Assembly: GCA_043749095.1 (NCBI GenBank)
Contig: JAYVEB010000024.1
Coordinates: forward strand, 1 to 44,485
Direction: 5' to 3'
Origin: Burkholderiales bacterium
GTDB taxonomy: Bacteria; Pseudomonadota; Gammaproteobacteria; Burkholderiales; Burkholderiaceae_C
Length of the DNA stretch: 44,485 bases
Of this stretch, positions 1 through 8,249 are shown piece after piece. A program made the translations under genes and the position numbers. Every line of letters starts with the position of its first letter. Position 1 is the first letter of the stretch. A model generated the notes under the pieces. It worked only from the letters and a program-made list of their open reading frames with translations, ran no database searches and was not told the DNA's origin.

Positions 1-197
1 CCTTCGCTCCATCCTTGAGCGACTGGCACGAGCTGCCTGTCAGGCAACGCCAAGTCCGCTTCACGCACTTCGCGCGGCTGAGCTTCCTTGCTGATCAGGC
101 ACCGGTATGTCGTCGTGCAGTGTCTGCGCTTGCGTCCCGTACCCAGCTGGCAAGCAGCAGGACAGATCTCGAAAGGTCACTTTCGGCCGAATCGGCC

Positions 198-246
198 GCA
201 ACCCCGCAACCCCGCAACCCCGCAACCCCGCAACCCCGCAACCCCG
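198..246. repeat. Octanucleotide tandem repeat (GCAACCCC) x6
   Basis: Six perfect head-to-tail copies of GCAACCCC read directly at 198-245. The array lies in the non-coding region about 100 nt upstream of the cytochrome b561 start. The unit is not a multiple of 3. It creates the artificial ATPQPRNPATPQPRNP peptide in ORF 15..353. Confidence 0.95.
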
Positions 247-343
247 CGCCCATGCTGGTGCCTGAGACGTCGACGGTAAAAATCTGCCAGGCACGCGCGA
301 CCACCATGCGAGTCAATCGCTTGGAAGGCTCGTTGATGATCGA

Positions 344-1007
344 GTGGGAGTGAGTATTTCAATCTGGGTCGGGCGCAACACCGCAGGCCGCTATGGATCG
401 CTGTCGATCGGTCTGCACTGGGTGATGTTGCTGCTGCTGGCCGTGGGGTACGCCTGCATCGAGTTGCGCGGCAATGTTCCGCAAGGCAGCACCATCCGCG
501 CGGGCTTGAAGGCCTGGCACTTCATGCGGGGACTGTCGGTCCTCGTGCTGGTGTCGGTCCGGGTGGCGGTGCGTTGCATCGGCACGTTACCGGTCATCGA
601 GCCAGTGTTGCCGAAGTGGCAGAACGTGGTCGCCAAGCTGATGCGCCTCGCGCTGTACGGCTTGATGATCGGCATGCCGATCCTTGGGGTGGTTCATCCT
701 CAGCGCGGACGGCAACCCGGTCCCGTTCTTCGGTTTGCAATTGCCGCCGCTCGTGGGCGCAAGCGAGGACATCGCCGAGTGCGCCGAGGAGATCCACGAG
801 ACCGGCGGCACAGTCGGCTGTGTCCTGGTTGCTCTGCATGCAGCGGCGGCCCTAGCGGCCCCGATCGTCGCCCCGGTTGCGATCCGGTGCCTGCCCCAGT
901 CCGCGATTTGGCTCCTGTCTGGGGCGCTCTTCTGTGCGGGCCGGTTCCTTGGCGCGTGCTTCCGGCGCTTGCTGCTCGTGCGGTGCCAGTCCTTGCGGCG
1001 GCCGTGA
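344..1007 (+). pseudogene. Cytochrome b561 family protein (CybB/YceJ-like), frameshifted as sequenced
   Basis: ORF 344.. reads SLSIGLHWVMLLLLAVGYACIELRG...KAWHFMRGLSVLVLV...LYGLMIGMPILG, the layout of a membrane di-heme cytochrome b561. The expected continuation (G)WFILSADGNPVPFFGLQLPP...EEIHETGGTVGCVLVALHAAAAL lies in the +1 frame (ORF 684..1007). The switch falls in the GGGG run at 686-689. The tail after LHAAAAL is non-canonical and overlaps the convergent gene 852..1841. Confidence 0.7.
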
Positions 1008-1841
1008 ACGCTGATCGCCAACGGCAGGGGCTCTTTGCTGAGCAGGCTGTTCGGGAGCAACCTGGCGCGGCATCGGACGTTCGACGCTCTTGTCTGGTCT
1101 GGATGGCGCCGCGGGGGGGGCGCTGTGTTTTGCAGCGGGCGGTGGGCTGACCGGCGGGTTGGTGCGCTGCGACGGCTGCGGCTGGTGACTCCTGTCCTGC
1201 GATGCGTCGTTCACCGGTTTCGTGCGGACAGGCGTCTGTGGTCCTGGCGGCTGTTGCGCTTCCTGGCGCTGGCGGACTTCGGGGACACGTGGCTGGTAGC
1301 GGTAGTTCTGCTTGCGCAGCGACTGCTGCTCGACTTGTCGGGGATACCGATCTCCGCCGTACTGACGCTGGTAGACAGGCAGTGGCGCAGGTGCAGGCGC
1401 GGCGCGGTGGTTCCAGTGGTCCCATCCACTTCTGCGCTGCTCCCAATCACGGCCCCAGTGGTCGCCCCAGCGCGGCGGCGCCTCGCGGCGCCACTCGAGG
1501 AAATAGGCGGGTGGCGCCCGGTAGTAGCGCACCGGGATGCGCAGCACGAACAACGGCACCGCCTCCGAGCCGACCAGACCCCACGGCCCGTTGTACCAGT
1601 CACTCGCATACCAGTTGTCGTCCTGATACACCCAGTACATGCCGTCGTAGAAGAAGAAATTCGAATCGACCTGAGGCGCGTAATAGACCGGATAGCCCGG
1701 CACCCTCACCAGATCCGGGTACTGCGTCACGTTGATCCCGATGCTCACGCTGATTTGCGCGATGGCCGACGTCACCGTGCCGCACAACAGCAAGATGCCG
1801 ATGAAGAGGTAGCGGATGTCCGATTCTCCGTTCAGGTCCAC
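852..1841 (-). CDS. Hypothetical secreted/membrane-anchored protein: W/Y-rich globular domain plus about 200-aa Pro/Gln/Arg-rich tail
   Basis: 329-aa ORF. The N-terminal hydrophobic segment YLFIGILLLCGTVTSAIAQ looks like a signal peptide. A conserved-looking aromatic block follows: YYAPQVDSNFFFYDGMYWVYQDDNWYASDWYNGPWGLV...RIPVRYYRAPPAYF. The rest is a long low-complexity P/Q/R/E tail. I do not recognise a named family. Confidence 0.7.
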   Translation of the reverse strand: MDLNGESDIRYLFIGILLLCGTVTSAIAQISVSIGINVTQYPDLVRVPGYPVYYAPQVDSNFFFYDGMYWVYQDDNWYASDWYNGPWGLVGSEAVPLFVLRIPVRYYRAPPAYFLEWRREAPPRWGDHWGRDWEQRRSGWDHWNHRAAPAPAPLPVYQRQYGGDRYPRQVEQQSLRKQNYRYQPRVPEVRQRQEAQQPPGPQTPVRTKPVNDASQDRSHQPQPSQRTNPPVSPPPAAKHSAPPAAPSRPDKSVERPMPRQVAPEQPAQQRAPAVGDQRSRPPQGLAPHEQQAPEARAKEPARTEERPRQEPNRGLGQAPDRNRGDDRGR

Positions 1842-1981
1842 GAGTCAACCGCCGTGCGGTCGATCCGACGGGTCGTGAGGAGACCCCGCCGGATGAAGCA
1901 GTGTGGGAGTCGTGACGCCACACAGCCACCAGACAGCAACGTCCTGCGGCGTAGTGGGTGTCCTACGGCACCGAGCGCTTG

Positions 1982-2039
1982 GCGACTTTTGGTTACAAAG
2001 TCGCGCGAACCCCAATGAAAATGTGAAAGTTGCACATTT
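1982..2039. promoter_or_regulatory. Two palindromes in the divergent intergenic region (candidate operators/promoter region)
   Basis: Perfect 8-bp inverted repeat GCGACTTT(1982-1989)/AAAGTCGC(1997-2004) with a 7-nt spacer. Perfect 7-bp inverted repeat AAATGTG(2019-2025)/CACATTT(2033-2039) with a 7-nt spacer. The second sits in the only AT-rich patch of the 209-bp gap between divergent genes 852..1841(-) and 2051..2923(+). Function is inferred only. Confidence 0.4.
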
Positions 2040-2050
2040 AGGATGGCGGT

Positions 2051-2923
2051 GTGCGTCCACTGGTTCCCCTGGCCGATCCGGCCTCTCCAGACATCTCTGC
2101 CTCGGCCGAGTCGGCGGCGCTCGCTCAGGCCATCGGGCGCTTGGTCCTGCCGCTGGCACGTCTGGCGGTGGTCAAGGGGCTGCCTTTCGCGGCGGTCGAG
2201 GCCCAACTGAAGCAGGCCTTCGTCCAAGCGGCCCGGGATGCACATCCGCAACTGTCCCCCCACCGTGTGGTCAGCCGCATCGCGACCGCGACTGGCCTGA
2301 GCCGGCGCGAGGTCACGCGGCTGACCCAAGTACGCTCGCCGTTGCTGCAGCGCCGCCCGGTGGCTGCCGAACTTTTCGCGCGCTGGGCGAACGACCCGCC
2401 CTACAAGGACCGTCGCGGCCGTCTTCGCGTGCTGCCGCGGCAGGGCGAGGTGCTGAGCTTCGAATCGCTGGCCCAGTCGGTGACGCGCGACGTCCATCCA
2501 CGCAGCCTGCTCGACGAATTGCTGCGCCTCGGGCTGGCTGTCCACGACGCCGGACGTGACACCGTGGCACTGGTGCGAGATGCCTTCGTGCCACGCGGTG
2601 ACGCCGAGCGGATGCTGGGCTTCCTCGGCGACAACGTCGGGGACCACCTGGGTGCCGCCGTCGCCAACGTGCTGAGCGACGGCCGCGCGCACTTCGAGCA
2701 AGCGGTCTTCGCGGACGAACTTTCCGAGGAATCGATAGACCACATCCGTGGCTTGGTCAGCGCGCAGTGGCGGGAGGCGACCGCGGCTCTGGTGCCTGCG
2801 ATCGAGGCGCTGATCGAACAGGACCGTGCGGCCGGACGTCCGCAGGACCGCCGACTTCGCATCGGCCTGTACGCCTACACCGACCGCATGGACGGCGCAG
2901 CGCCTTCCACCCAAGGCCCCTGA
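2051..2923 (+). CDS. Hypothetical cytoplasmic protein with HTH-like segment (possible regulator)
   Basis: 290-aa ORF with a GTG start and coding-like composition. It has no signal peptide or TM segment. The segment RIATATGLSRREVTRL resembles a helix-turn-helix. It lies immediately upstream of the multi-module lipoprotein gene. Family assignment is not possible from sequence alone. Confidence 0.65.
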   Translation: MRPLVPLADPASPDISASAESAALAQAIGRLVLPLARLAVVKGLPFAAVEAQLKQAFVQAARDAHPQLSPHRVVSRIATATGLSRREVTRLTQVRSPLLQRRPVAAELFARWANDPPYKDRRGRLRVLPRQGEVLSFESLAQSVTRDVHPRSLLDELLRLGLAVHDAGRDTVALVRDAFVPRGDAERMLGFLGDNVGDHLGAAVANVLSDGRAHFEQAVFADELSEESIDHIRGLVSAQWREATAALVPAIEALIEQDRAAGRPQDRRLRIGLYAYTDRMDGAAPSTQGP

Positions 2924-2969
2924 CACCGGCACAAGCCGACAACCCAGAAAGCTCCTGAGGAGAATCACC

Positions 2970-4268
2970 ATGTCGAAAAACATTCATCCAACGACCTCGC
3001 ATCCCGAGGACACGACACGCTCCTGGCGGGCGCCGATCGCAGGCCTGCTGGCCGCCCTCCTTGTGGCGACGCTCGTCGCCTGCGGTGGCGGCGGTGGCGG
3101 CAGCAGTGCCGGTGTGGGCACCGGCGGCACCGGCTCGTTCGCTGTGGGCACCATCAGCGGATTCGGCTCCATCATCGTCAACGGTGTGCGCTATGACGAC
3201 AGCAACGCGACCGTCCTCGATGACGACGACAACAGCAGCAGTTCGAGCTCGTTGTCCATCGGTCAGGTGGTCGAATTGCGCGGCGCGGTGAACGACGACG
3301 GCCTCAAAGGCACGGCGAGCAGCATCTCTTTCTTCTCCGCGCTGAAGGGGCCGGTCACCAACGTCAACCCAGGCGCTGGCACCGTGACGGTCTTCGGTCA
3401 GGTGGTGAACGTGACAGCGACCACGCTGTTCGCGGGCGTCGCCAATCTCAACGGCATCGCCGTTGGCAGTGTTATTGAGGTCTATGGCTTGCCGGATGCC
3501 ACGGGTGCGATCACAGCCACTCGCATCGAGTACGAAGCTGCTTCGGTCGCTGCCTTCAGTGGCGACTTCCGCATTCGTGGCACCGTCTCCGGTCTGGTCG
3601 CTACGTCGCCTGGCCAGCAATTCACGGTGGGCACGGTCACGGTTCAGACCGACAGCACCACCGCGGTGATCGGCACGGTCGCCAATGGGGTGTCCGTCAA
3701 GGTGCGGTTGGACAAGACTGCGATTGCCGCAAACACCTACTTGGCCAAGCGTGTCAAGGTCAAGGAACGTGCCTACGAAAATGGCGTGAACAAGGCTGAA
3801 GTCCAGGGTCTGATCAGCGAGTTCACATCGGCCACAGCACCGTTCAAGGTCAATGGCTACGCCGTCCAACTCGGCAGCTCGGTGACGTACAAGAACGGCG
3901 TCGTTGGTGATCTGGTCAACGACGCGCGCATCGAGGCCAAGGGCACCGTAACGAGCGGCGTGCTGGTGATCAGCAAGGTCGAGTTCGACAGCGAGAACAA
4001 TGACGGCGGTGGCGATGGCAGCGCCGCACCGTACGAGTTCCACGGCGTCGTGGCGACGTGCAACCCGACACCGTGCGCTAGTCCGAGTGGCGAGATCGTT
4101 GTGCACGGCGCGCGCGACGTGACGGTGCAGTACAACAGCCAGACGCATATCGTTGGGCCGCTGACCGCTGCCACGCTTCTCAACGCCAAGGTTGAGGTCA
4201 AGGCTATCGCTCAGTCGGGCTCTGGTGGGACCATCCTGCTGGCCACGCGCATAAAAACCGACAGCTGA
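2970..4268 (+). CDS. Lipoprotein built of repeated small beta modules (DUF5666-like)
   Basis: ATG at 2970 is preceded by GAGGAG. It is in frame with ORF 2826..4268, whose upstream 48 codons look non-coding. Signal peptide with lipobox LVATLVA-C, followed by a Gly-rich linker. Then 5-6 modules of the type G.I..F.S..VNG..V......T....L..G..VEV.G.......A..I. The DUF5666 naming is from memory. Confidence 0.8.
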   Translation: MSKNIHPTTSHPEDTTRSWRAPIAGLLAALLVATLVACGGGGGGSSAGVGTGGTGSFAVGTISGFGSIIVNGVRYDDSNATVLDDDDNSSSSSSLSIGQVVELRGAVNDDGLKGTASSISFFSALKGPVTNVNPGAGTVTVFGQVVNVTATTLFAGVANLNGIAVGSVIEVYGLPDATGAITATRIEYEAASVAAFSGDFRIRGTVSGLVATSPGQQFTVGTVTVQTDSTTAVIGTVANGVSVKVRLDKTAIAANTYLAKRVKVKERAYENGVNKAEVQGLISEFTSATAPFKVNGYAVQLGSSVTYKNGVVGDLVNDARIEAKGTVTSGVLVISKVEFDSENNDGGGDGSAAPYEFHGVVATCNPTPCASPSGEIVVHGARDVTVQYNSQTHIVGPLTAATLLNAKVEVKAIAQSGSGGTILLATRIKTDS

Positions 4269-4462
4269 TGCTGCTGAGTCACCGGCTCAGGCCGATGACA
4301 CGAGCCCCAAGCGTCTGCTCCCGCAGGCCTTGGGGCTTTCTTCGCTACGACATATCCCGAGACGCACCGTTGTACTTCGCGGCGACAATTTTGGGGGCGG
4401 GTCATGCAGGGCAGTGCAGCCGCCGGGTTCCATCCGAAGTCACATCACAGGGAGAGACGGCC

Positions 4463-5473
4463 ATGGCACAGAACAGCAATCGACAATGGATCTTGAAGAA
4501 GCGGCCGGTAGGCGACATCGCCGGCGACGATCTGGTGATGGAGACAGCGCCGATCCCGACAGCCGGCGAGGGCGAGATCGTGCTCCGCACGCACTACCTC
4601 TCGCTCGACCCGACCAACCGCATCTGGATGAGTGACATGGTCCAGTACATGCCGCCCGTGGCGTTGAACACGGCGATGCGCGGTGCGGTGATGGGCGAGG
4701 TGGTCGAAAGCCGCAGCCCGGCCTACCAGGTCGGCGATCAGGTGATGGGCCTGGCCACCTGGAGCGACTACTGCTGTGTACCGGTGGCGAACGTGCAGCC
4801 CTGCCCACAGTTTCCGGGAATTCCGGTGAAGGAAGTGTTTGGTATCTACACCATCGTCGGGCCGACTGCGTACTTCGGAGTGGTCGACATCGGCCAGCCG
4901 AAAGTCGGCGAGACCCTAGTTGTTTCTGGCGCAGCGGGTGCCGTCGGTACCCTGGTCGGGCAGATCGCGAAGAGCATGGGCTGCCGGGTGGTCGGCATCG
5001 CTGGCGGCCAGGACAAGTGCAAGATGATCGTCGACGAGTTGAGCTTCGACGCGGCCATCGACTACAAGGCGCAAGACGTCGATGCCCAGCTGCGCACGCT
5101 TTGCCCCGGTGGCGTCGACATTTATTTCGACAATGTCGGCGGCGACATCCTCGACGCGGTGCTCGGGCAGATGAACCTGTACGGCCGGGTGATTGTTTGC
5201 GGCTTGATCTCCGGCTACAACGCTGACGGCCGTGTGCCGGGCCCGAAGAACTACGGCAATATCCTGATGCAGCGCTTGAAGGTTCAGGGCTTCATCGTGC
5301 TGGACTACATCCCGCGTTTTGCCGAGGCCTACCGAGCGTTGACCCAGTTGCACGGGCAGGGAAAATTGAAGTGGAACATTCACCAGGTCGATGGCCTGGA
5401 GAACGCGGTCAAGGCCGTGCGCATGCTCTACACCGGTGGCAACAACGGCAAGCTGATGGTCAAGGTCGCGTGA
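4463..5473 (+). CDS. NADP-dependent oxidoreductase, medium-chain dehydrogenase/reductase family (YncB/CurA-like)
   Basis: Start MAQNSNRQWILKKRPVG preceded by GGGAGAG. The opening motif ...LRTHYLSLDPTNRIWM is typical of the family. Nucleotide-binding motif VSGAAGAVGTLVGQIAK. C-terminal GKLMVKV. Confidence 0.85.
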   Translation: MAQNSNRQWILKKRPVGDIAGDDLVMETAPIPTAGEGEIVLRTHYLSLDPTNRIWMSDMVQYMPPVALNTAMRGAVMGEVVESRSPAYQVGDQVMGLATWSDYCCVPVANVQPCPQFPGIPVKEVFGIYTIVGPTAYFGVVDIGQPKVGETLVVSGAAGAVGTLVGQIAKSMGCRVVGIAGGQDKCKMIVDELSFDAAIDYKAQDVDAQLRTLCPGGVDIYFDNVGGDILDAVLGQMNLYGRVIVCGLISGYNADGRVPGPKNYGNILMQRLKVQGFIVLDYIPRFAEAYRALTQLHGQGKLKWNIHQVDGLENAVKAVRMLYTGGNNGKLMVKVA

Positions 5474-6498
5474 ACCCCGCAAGCCTGGATCACACACAGC
5501 GGTCACCCCAGCCTCGGCGTGTCTTCGTGCTCGGAGGCACCGGCACCATCGGCCGTGCTACGGTGCGCGCCCTGGTACAGCGCGGGCACGAGGTGGTGTG
5601 TTTCGTCCGCCCGCGTGCCGGTATCGGCGGCGCGCTGGCAGCGGACGACAGCGTGCGTTTGCTGGCCGGCGCGTCGGTGCGGTTCGGCGATGCCAGCGAT
5701 CCGGTATCGCTGGCACGAGACGGGTTTCGGGGCGAGCACTTCGATGCGCTCGTGTCCTGCCTCGCCTCACGCACCGGTGCGCCCAGGGATGCGTGGGCCA
5801 TCGATCACCAGGCGCATCTGCATGCACTCGCCGCGGCACAGCACGCCGGCGTCACGCAGGTCGTGCTGCTGTCGGCGATCTGCGTGCAAAAGCCGCTGCT
5901 CGCCTTCCAGCACGCCAAGCTGGCGTTCGAGGACGTGCTGATCGAGTCGGGCTTGAATTACTCGATCGTGCGGCCCACCGCTTTCTTCAAGTCGCTGTCG
6001 GGGCAGGTCGATCGGGTCAGGAAGGGCAAGCCCTTCCTGGTGTTCGGTGATGGCACGTTGACGGCCTGCAAGCCGATCAGCGACGACGATCTGGGCGCCT
6101 ACCTGGCCGCTTGCCTGGACGACGCCAGCTGCCACCACCGCGTGCTGCCGATCGCCGGGCCGGGCGAGGCGATCACACCACGTCAGCAAGGCGAGCACCT
6201 GTTCGCGCTGCTCGGGCAGCCGCCGCGTTTCAAGCACGTACCGGTCGCATTGCTCGACGTCATCATCGGTGTGCTCGCCACATTGGGTCGCGCGGTGCCT
6301 GCGCTTGCGGCCAAGGCCGAGCTGGCGCGCATCGGGCGTTACTACGCCACCGAATCGATGCTGGTGCTCGATCCGGTCACGGGTCGCTACGACGCCGCGG
6401 CCACGCCATCGACCGGCAGCGACACGCTGTTTGATCACTACGCACGCCTTGTTCGAGGCGAGGTCACCTCAGAGCGCGGCGACCACGCCGTGTTCTGA
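5470..6498 (+). CDS. NAD(P)H-binding protein, atypical SDR / NmrA-like family
   Basis: GTG start overlaps the upstream stop (GTGA at 5470-5473). Rossmann motif VFVLGGTGTIGRATVRALVQRGHEV near the N-terminus. Length is about 342 aa. Specific activity cannot be determined. Confidence 0.8.
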   Translation: MNPASLDHTQRSPQPRRVFVLGGTGTIGRATVRALVQRGHEVVCFVRPRAGIGGALAADDSVRLLAGASVRFGDASDPVSLARDGFRGEHFDALVSCLASRTGAPRDAWAIDHQAHLHALAAAQHAGVTQVVLLSAICVQKPLLAFQHAKLAFEDVLIESGLNYSIVRPTAFFKSLSGQVDRVRKGKPFLVFGDGTLTACKPISDDDLGAYLAACLDDASCHHRVLPIAGPGEAITPRQQGEHLFALLGQPPRFKHVPVALLDVIIGVLATLGRAVPALAAKAELARIGRYYATESMLVLDPVTGRYDAAATPSTGSDTLFDHYARLVRGEVTSERGDHAVF

Positions 6499-6533
6499 GC
6501 CAGCAAGCACCCGAGCGCCTCGGCAGCGCCGTC

Positions 6534-8249
6534 CTACATCGTGGGCGGTGATGCGAAGCGGAAGCCGCCGTGGCCGTCTGCCTTGACGGCATACATCGCG
6601 TGGTCGGCGGTGGCCAGCAGCTCGCTGACGCTTTGCCCGTCCTGTGGGTAGCGGCTGATGCCGATGCTCACGCCGACCTTCATCTCGACGCCGAAGACAT
6701 CGATCGGCATGTTGATGCCGCTGAGCATTTTTTCGGCGACGGCGATCAGTTGCGGATGGGGGGTCGGCCCATCCAGCAGCACCACGAATTCGTCGCCGCC
6801 GATGCGCGCCACCGTGTCGCCTTCGCGCATCATCGCGAGCAGCCGTTGCGCCACCGCCTTCAGGACCAGGTCACCGGTGTCGTGGCCGAAACGGTCGTTG
6901 ATGTCCTTGAAATCATCGAGGTCGATGAACAGCACGCTGACCTCACCGCCATAGCGGCGCGCGTGGATCATCGCCTTTTCGAGCTGTGACACGAACAGGC
7001 GGCGATTCGGCAGGCCGGTCAGCACGTCGTGCAGGGCCATGTGTTCCAGCGCCTGCTGGTTGTTCTGCAACTGCGACAGGTTGTGGTTGATCTGCTGGTG
7101 CATCTGTTGAAGGCTGCGTGCCAGCGCGCCGATCTCGTCATTGCGCTCGACGGGCAACTCGCCCGCTGGCTGCCCGCCGGCGAAGTGCTGCGCCGCGGCG
7201 CTCATCGCGTTGATCGGCCGGGTAAAGGCCCGGGCCAGCAACGCCGCCAGCACCAGGCAGCCCAGGCACAGCCCGAGCACGATCTGCAGGATGGTCACGC
7301 CGAGTCGATGTGCCTGTGCGACCACCACGGCCAGCGGCTGCGCCAGGCCCAGCACCAACCGTTGCTCGTGCGACGGCACATCGACCGGCTGCCCGATGAA
7401 GGCGGCGACCACGGGTTCGCTGCCCAGGGCGCTGTCGCTCGCATCGAAAACAACATGGTCGCGCTGGCCCTGAACGATGTCGCGCGTCAGCGGGAACTCG
7501 TCATCGATCAGCATGCGGCGCCCCCTGTCGAAGCCGAAGGTGCGTGACGGGTCCGGGTGGATCAGGATGTCGCCATCGTCATTGGCGAGGAACAGCTTGA
7601 AGTTCGCCGGTAGGTCGGCCGCCAGCAACGCGAACATGCCGTTCAGGTCCACGTTGATCACCACCACGCCGAGCGGGGTGCCGAGCCCATCGGTGACCGG
7701 TGTGGCCAATTGCAAGGCCGGCTGATCCAACCCGGCGTAGGTGCCGCGTTCGTGATTGACCGCGATCTCCGACAGGTAGAACTCACCCGCATGCAGCTGC
7801 AGGGTTTCGGCGACGTAAGGGTAGTGACCCTTCTCCTGCAGATCGTCATCCAGTACCTCGACCGGGACATCACCCTGACGGTCGACACGCACCCGCTCCA
7901 GGCCGTGTTCGCTGGCTGAAATGAGGCGAATCTGAAAGTACGACGGGTTGGCTGCCATCATCCGTTCGAACAGCGTGGCGAGCTGCCTGGCCTGCGCGGC
8001 ATCGGGGTGCTGCAGCATCGCGACAGCGCTGGGCAGACGGGCCAGCACCTCGAGGTTGCGGGTGATTTCCTGCCGCGACAGCGTGATGCGCCGCGCCAGC
8101 ACCTGGGTCGATGTCAGCAGCCGTTCCTGTGCCGACTCGACCAGCAGCTGACGGCTCGTCTGGTACGCATACAGGCCGGTCAGGCCGGACGCAAGCACAC
8201 CGACAGCGGCCAGCAGCAGGGCGAGCTTGCGGGCAATGCCCAGTTTCAC
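6534..8249 (-). CDS. Sensor diguanylate cyclase (TM - periplasmic Cache-like domain - TM - HAMP - GGDEF)
   Basis: Two TM segments (LALLLAAVGVLASGLTGLYAY; ILQIVLGLCLGCLVLAALLARAF) flank a domain of about 290 aa. HAMP-like TRPINAMS...NDEIGALARSLQQM. GGDEF domain has LTGLPNRRLF...FIDLDDFKDINDRFGHDTGD...RIGGDEFVVLL and an I-site-like REGD five residues before GGDEF. The preferred GTG start at 8249 overlaps the upstream stop as GTGA. The ORF track start at 8297 is the alternative. Confidence 0.9.
   Translation of the reverse strand: MKLGIARKLALLLAAVGVLASGLTGLYAYQTSRQLLVESAQERLLTSTQVLARRITLSRQEITRNLEVLARLPSAVAMLQHPDAAQARQLATLFERMMAANPSYFQIRLISASEHGLERVRVDRQGDVPVEVLDDDLQEKGHYPYVAETLQLHAGEFYLSEIAVNHERGTYAGLDQPALQLATPVTDGLGTPLGVVVINVDLNGMFALLAADLPANFKLFLANDDGDILIHPDPSRTFGFDRGRRMLIDDEFPLTRDIVQGQRDHVVFDASDSALGSEPVVAAFIGQPVDVPSHEQRLVLGLAQPLAVVVAQAHRLGVTILQIVLGLCLGCLVLAALLARAFTRPINAMSAAAQHFAGGQPAGELPVERNDEIGALARSLQQMHQQINHNLSQLQNNQQALEHMALHDVLTGLPNRRLFVSQLEKAMIHARRYGGEVSVLFIDLDDFKDINDRFGHDTGDLVLKAVAQRLLAMMREGDTVARIGGDEFVVLLDGPTPHPQLIAVAEKMLSGINMPIDVFGVEMKVGVSIGISRYPQDGQSVSELLATADHAMYAVKADGHGGFRFASPPTM

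Noticed and set aside
15-353. 112-aa ORF containing ATPQPRNPATPQPRNP.
   Set aside because: The peptide repeat is just the translation of the 8-nt microsatellite. The rest has no coding character, and several overlapping ORFs on both strands are equally open.
700-2018. Overlapping ORFs 700..1446(-), 1035..2018(+), 1202..1735(+) and similar, around the gene 852..1841.
   Set aside because: They are high-GC shadow frames rich in Arg, Pro and Ala. Only the 852..1841 frame shows a signal peptide and a conserved aromatic-rich domain.
2826-2969. Upstream 48 codons of ORF 2826..4268 as part of the lipoprotein.
   Set aside because: This stretch overlaps the 3' end of gene 2051..2923 and is Arg/Pro/Thr-rich. 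The ATG at 2970 has a strong GAGGAG Shine-Dalgarno and is followed immediately by a signal peptide and lipobox.
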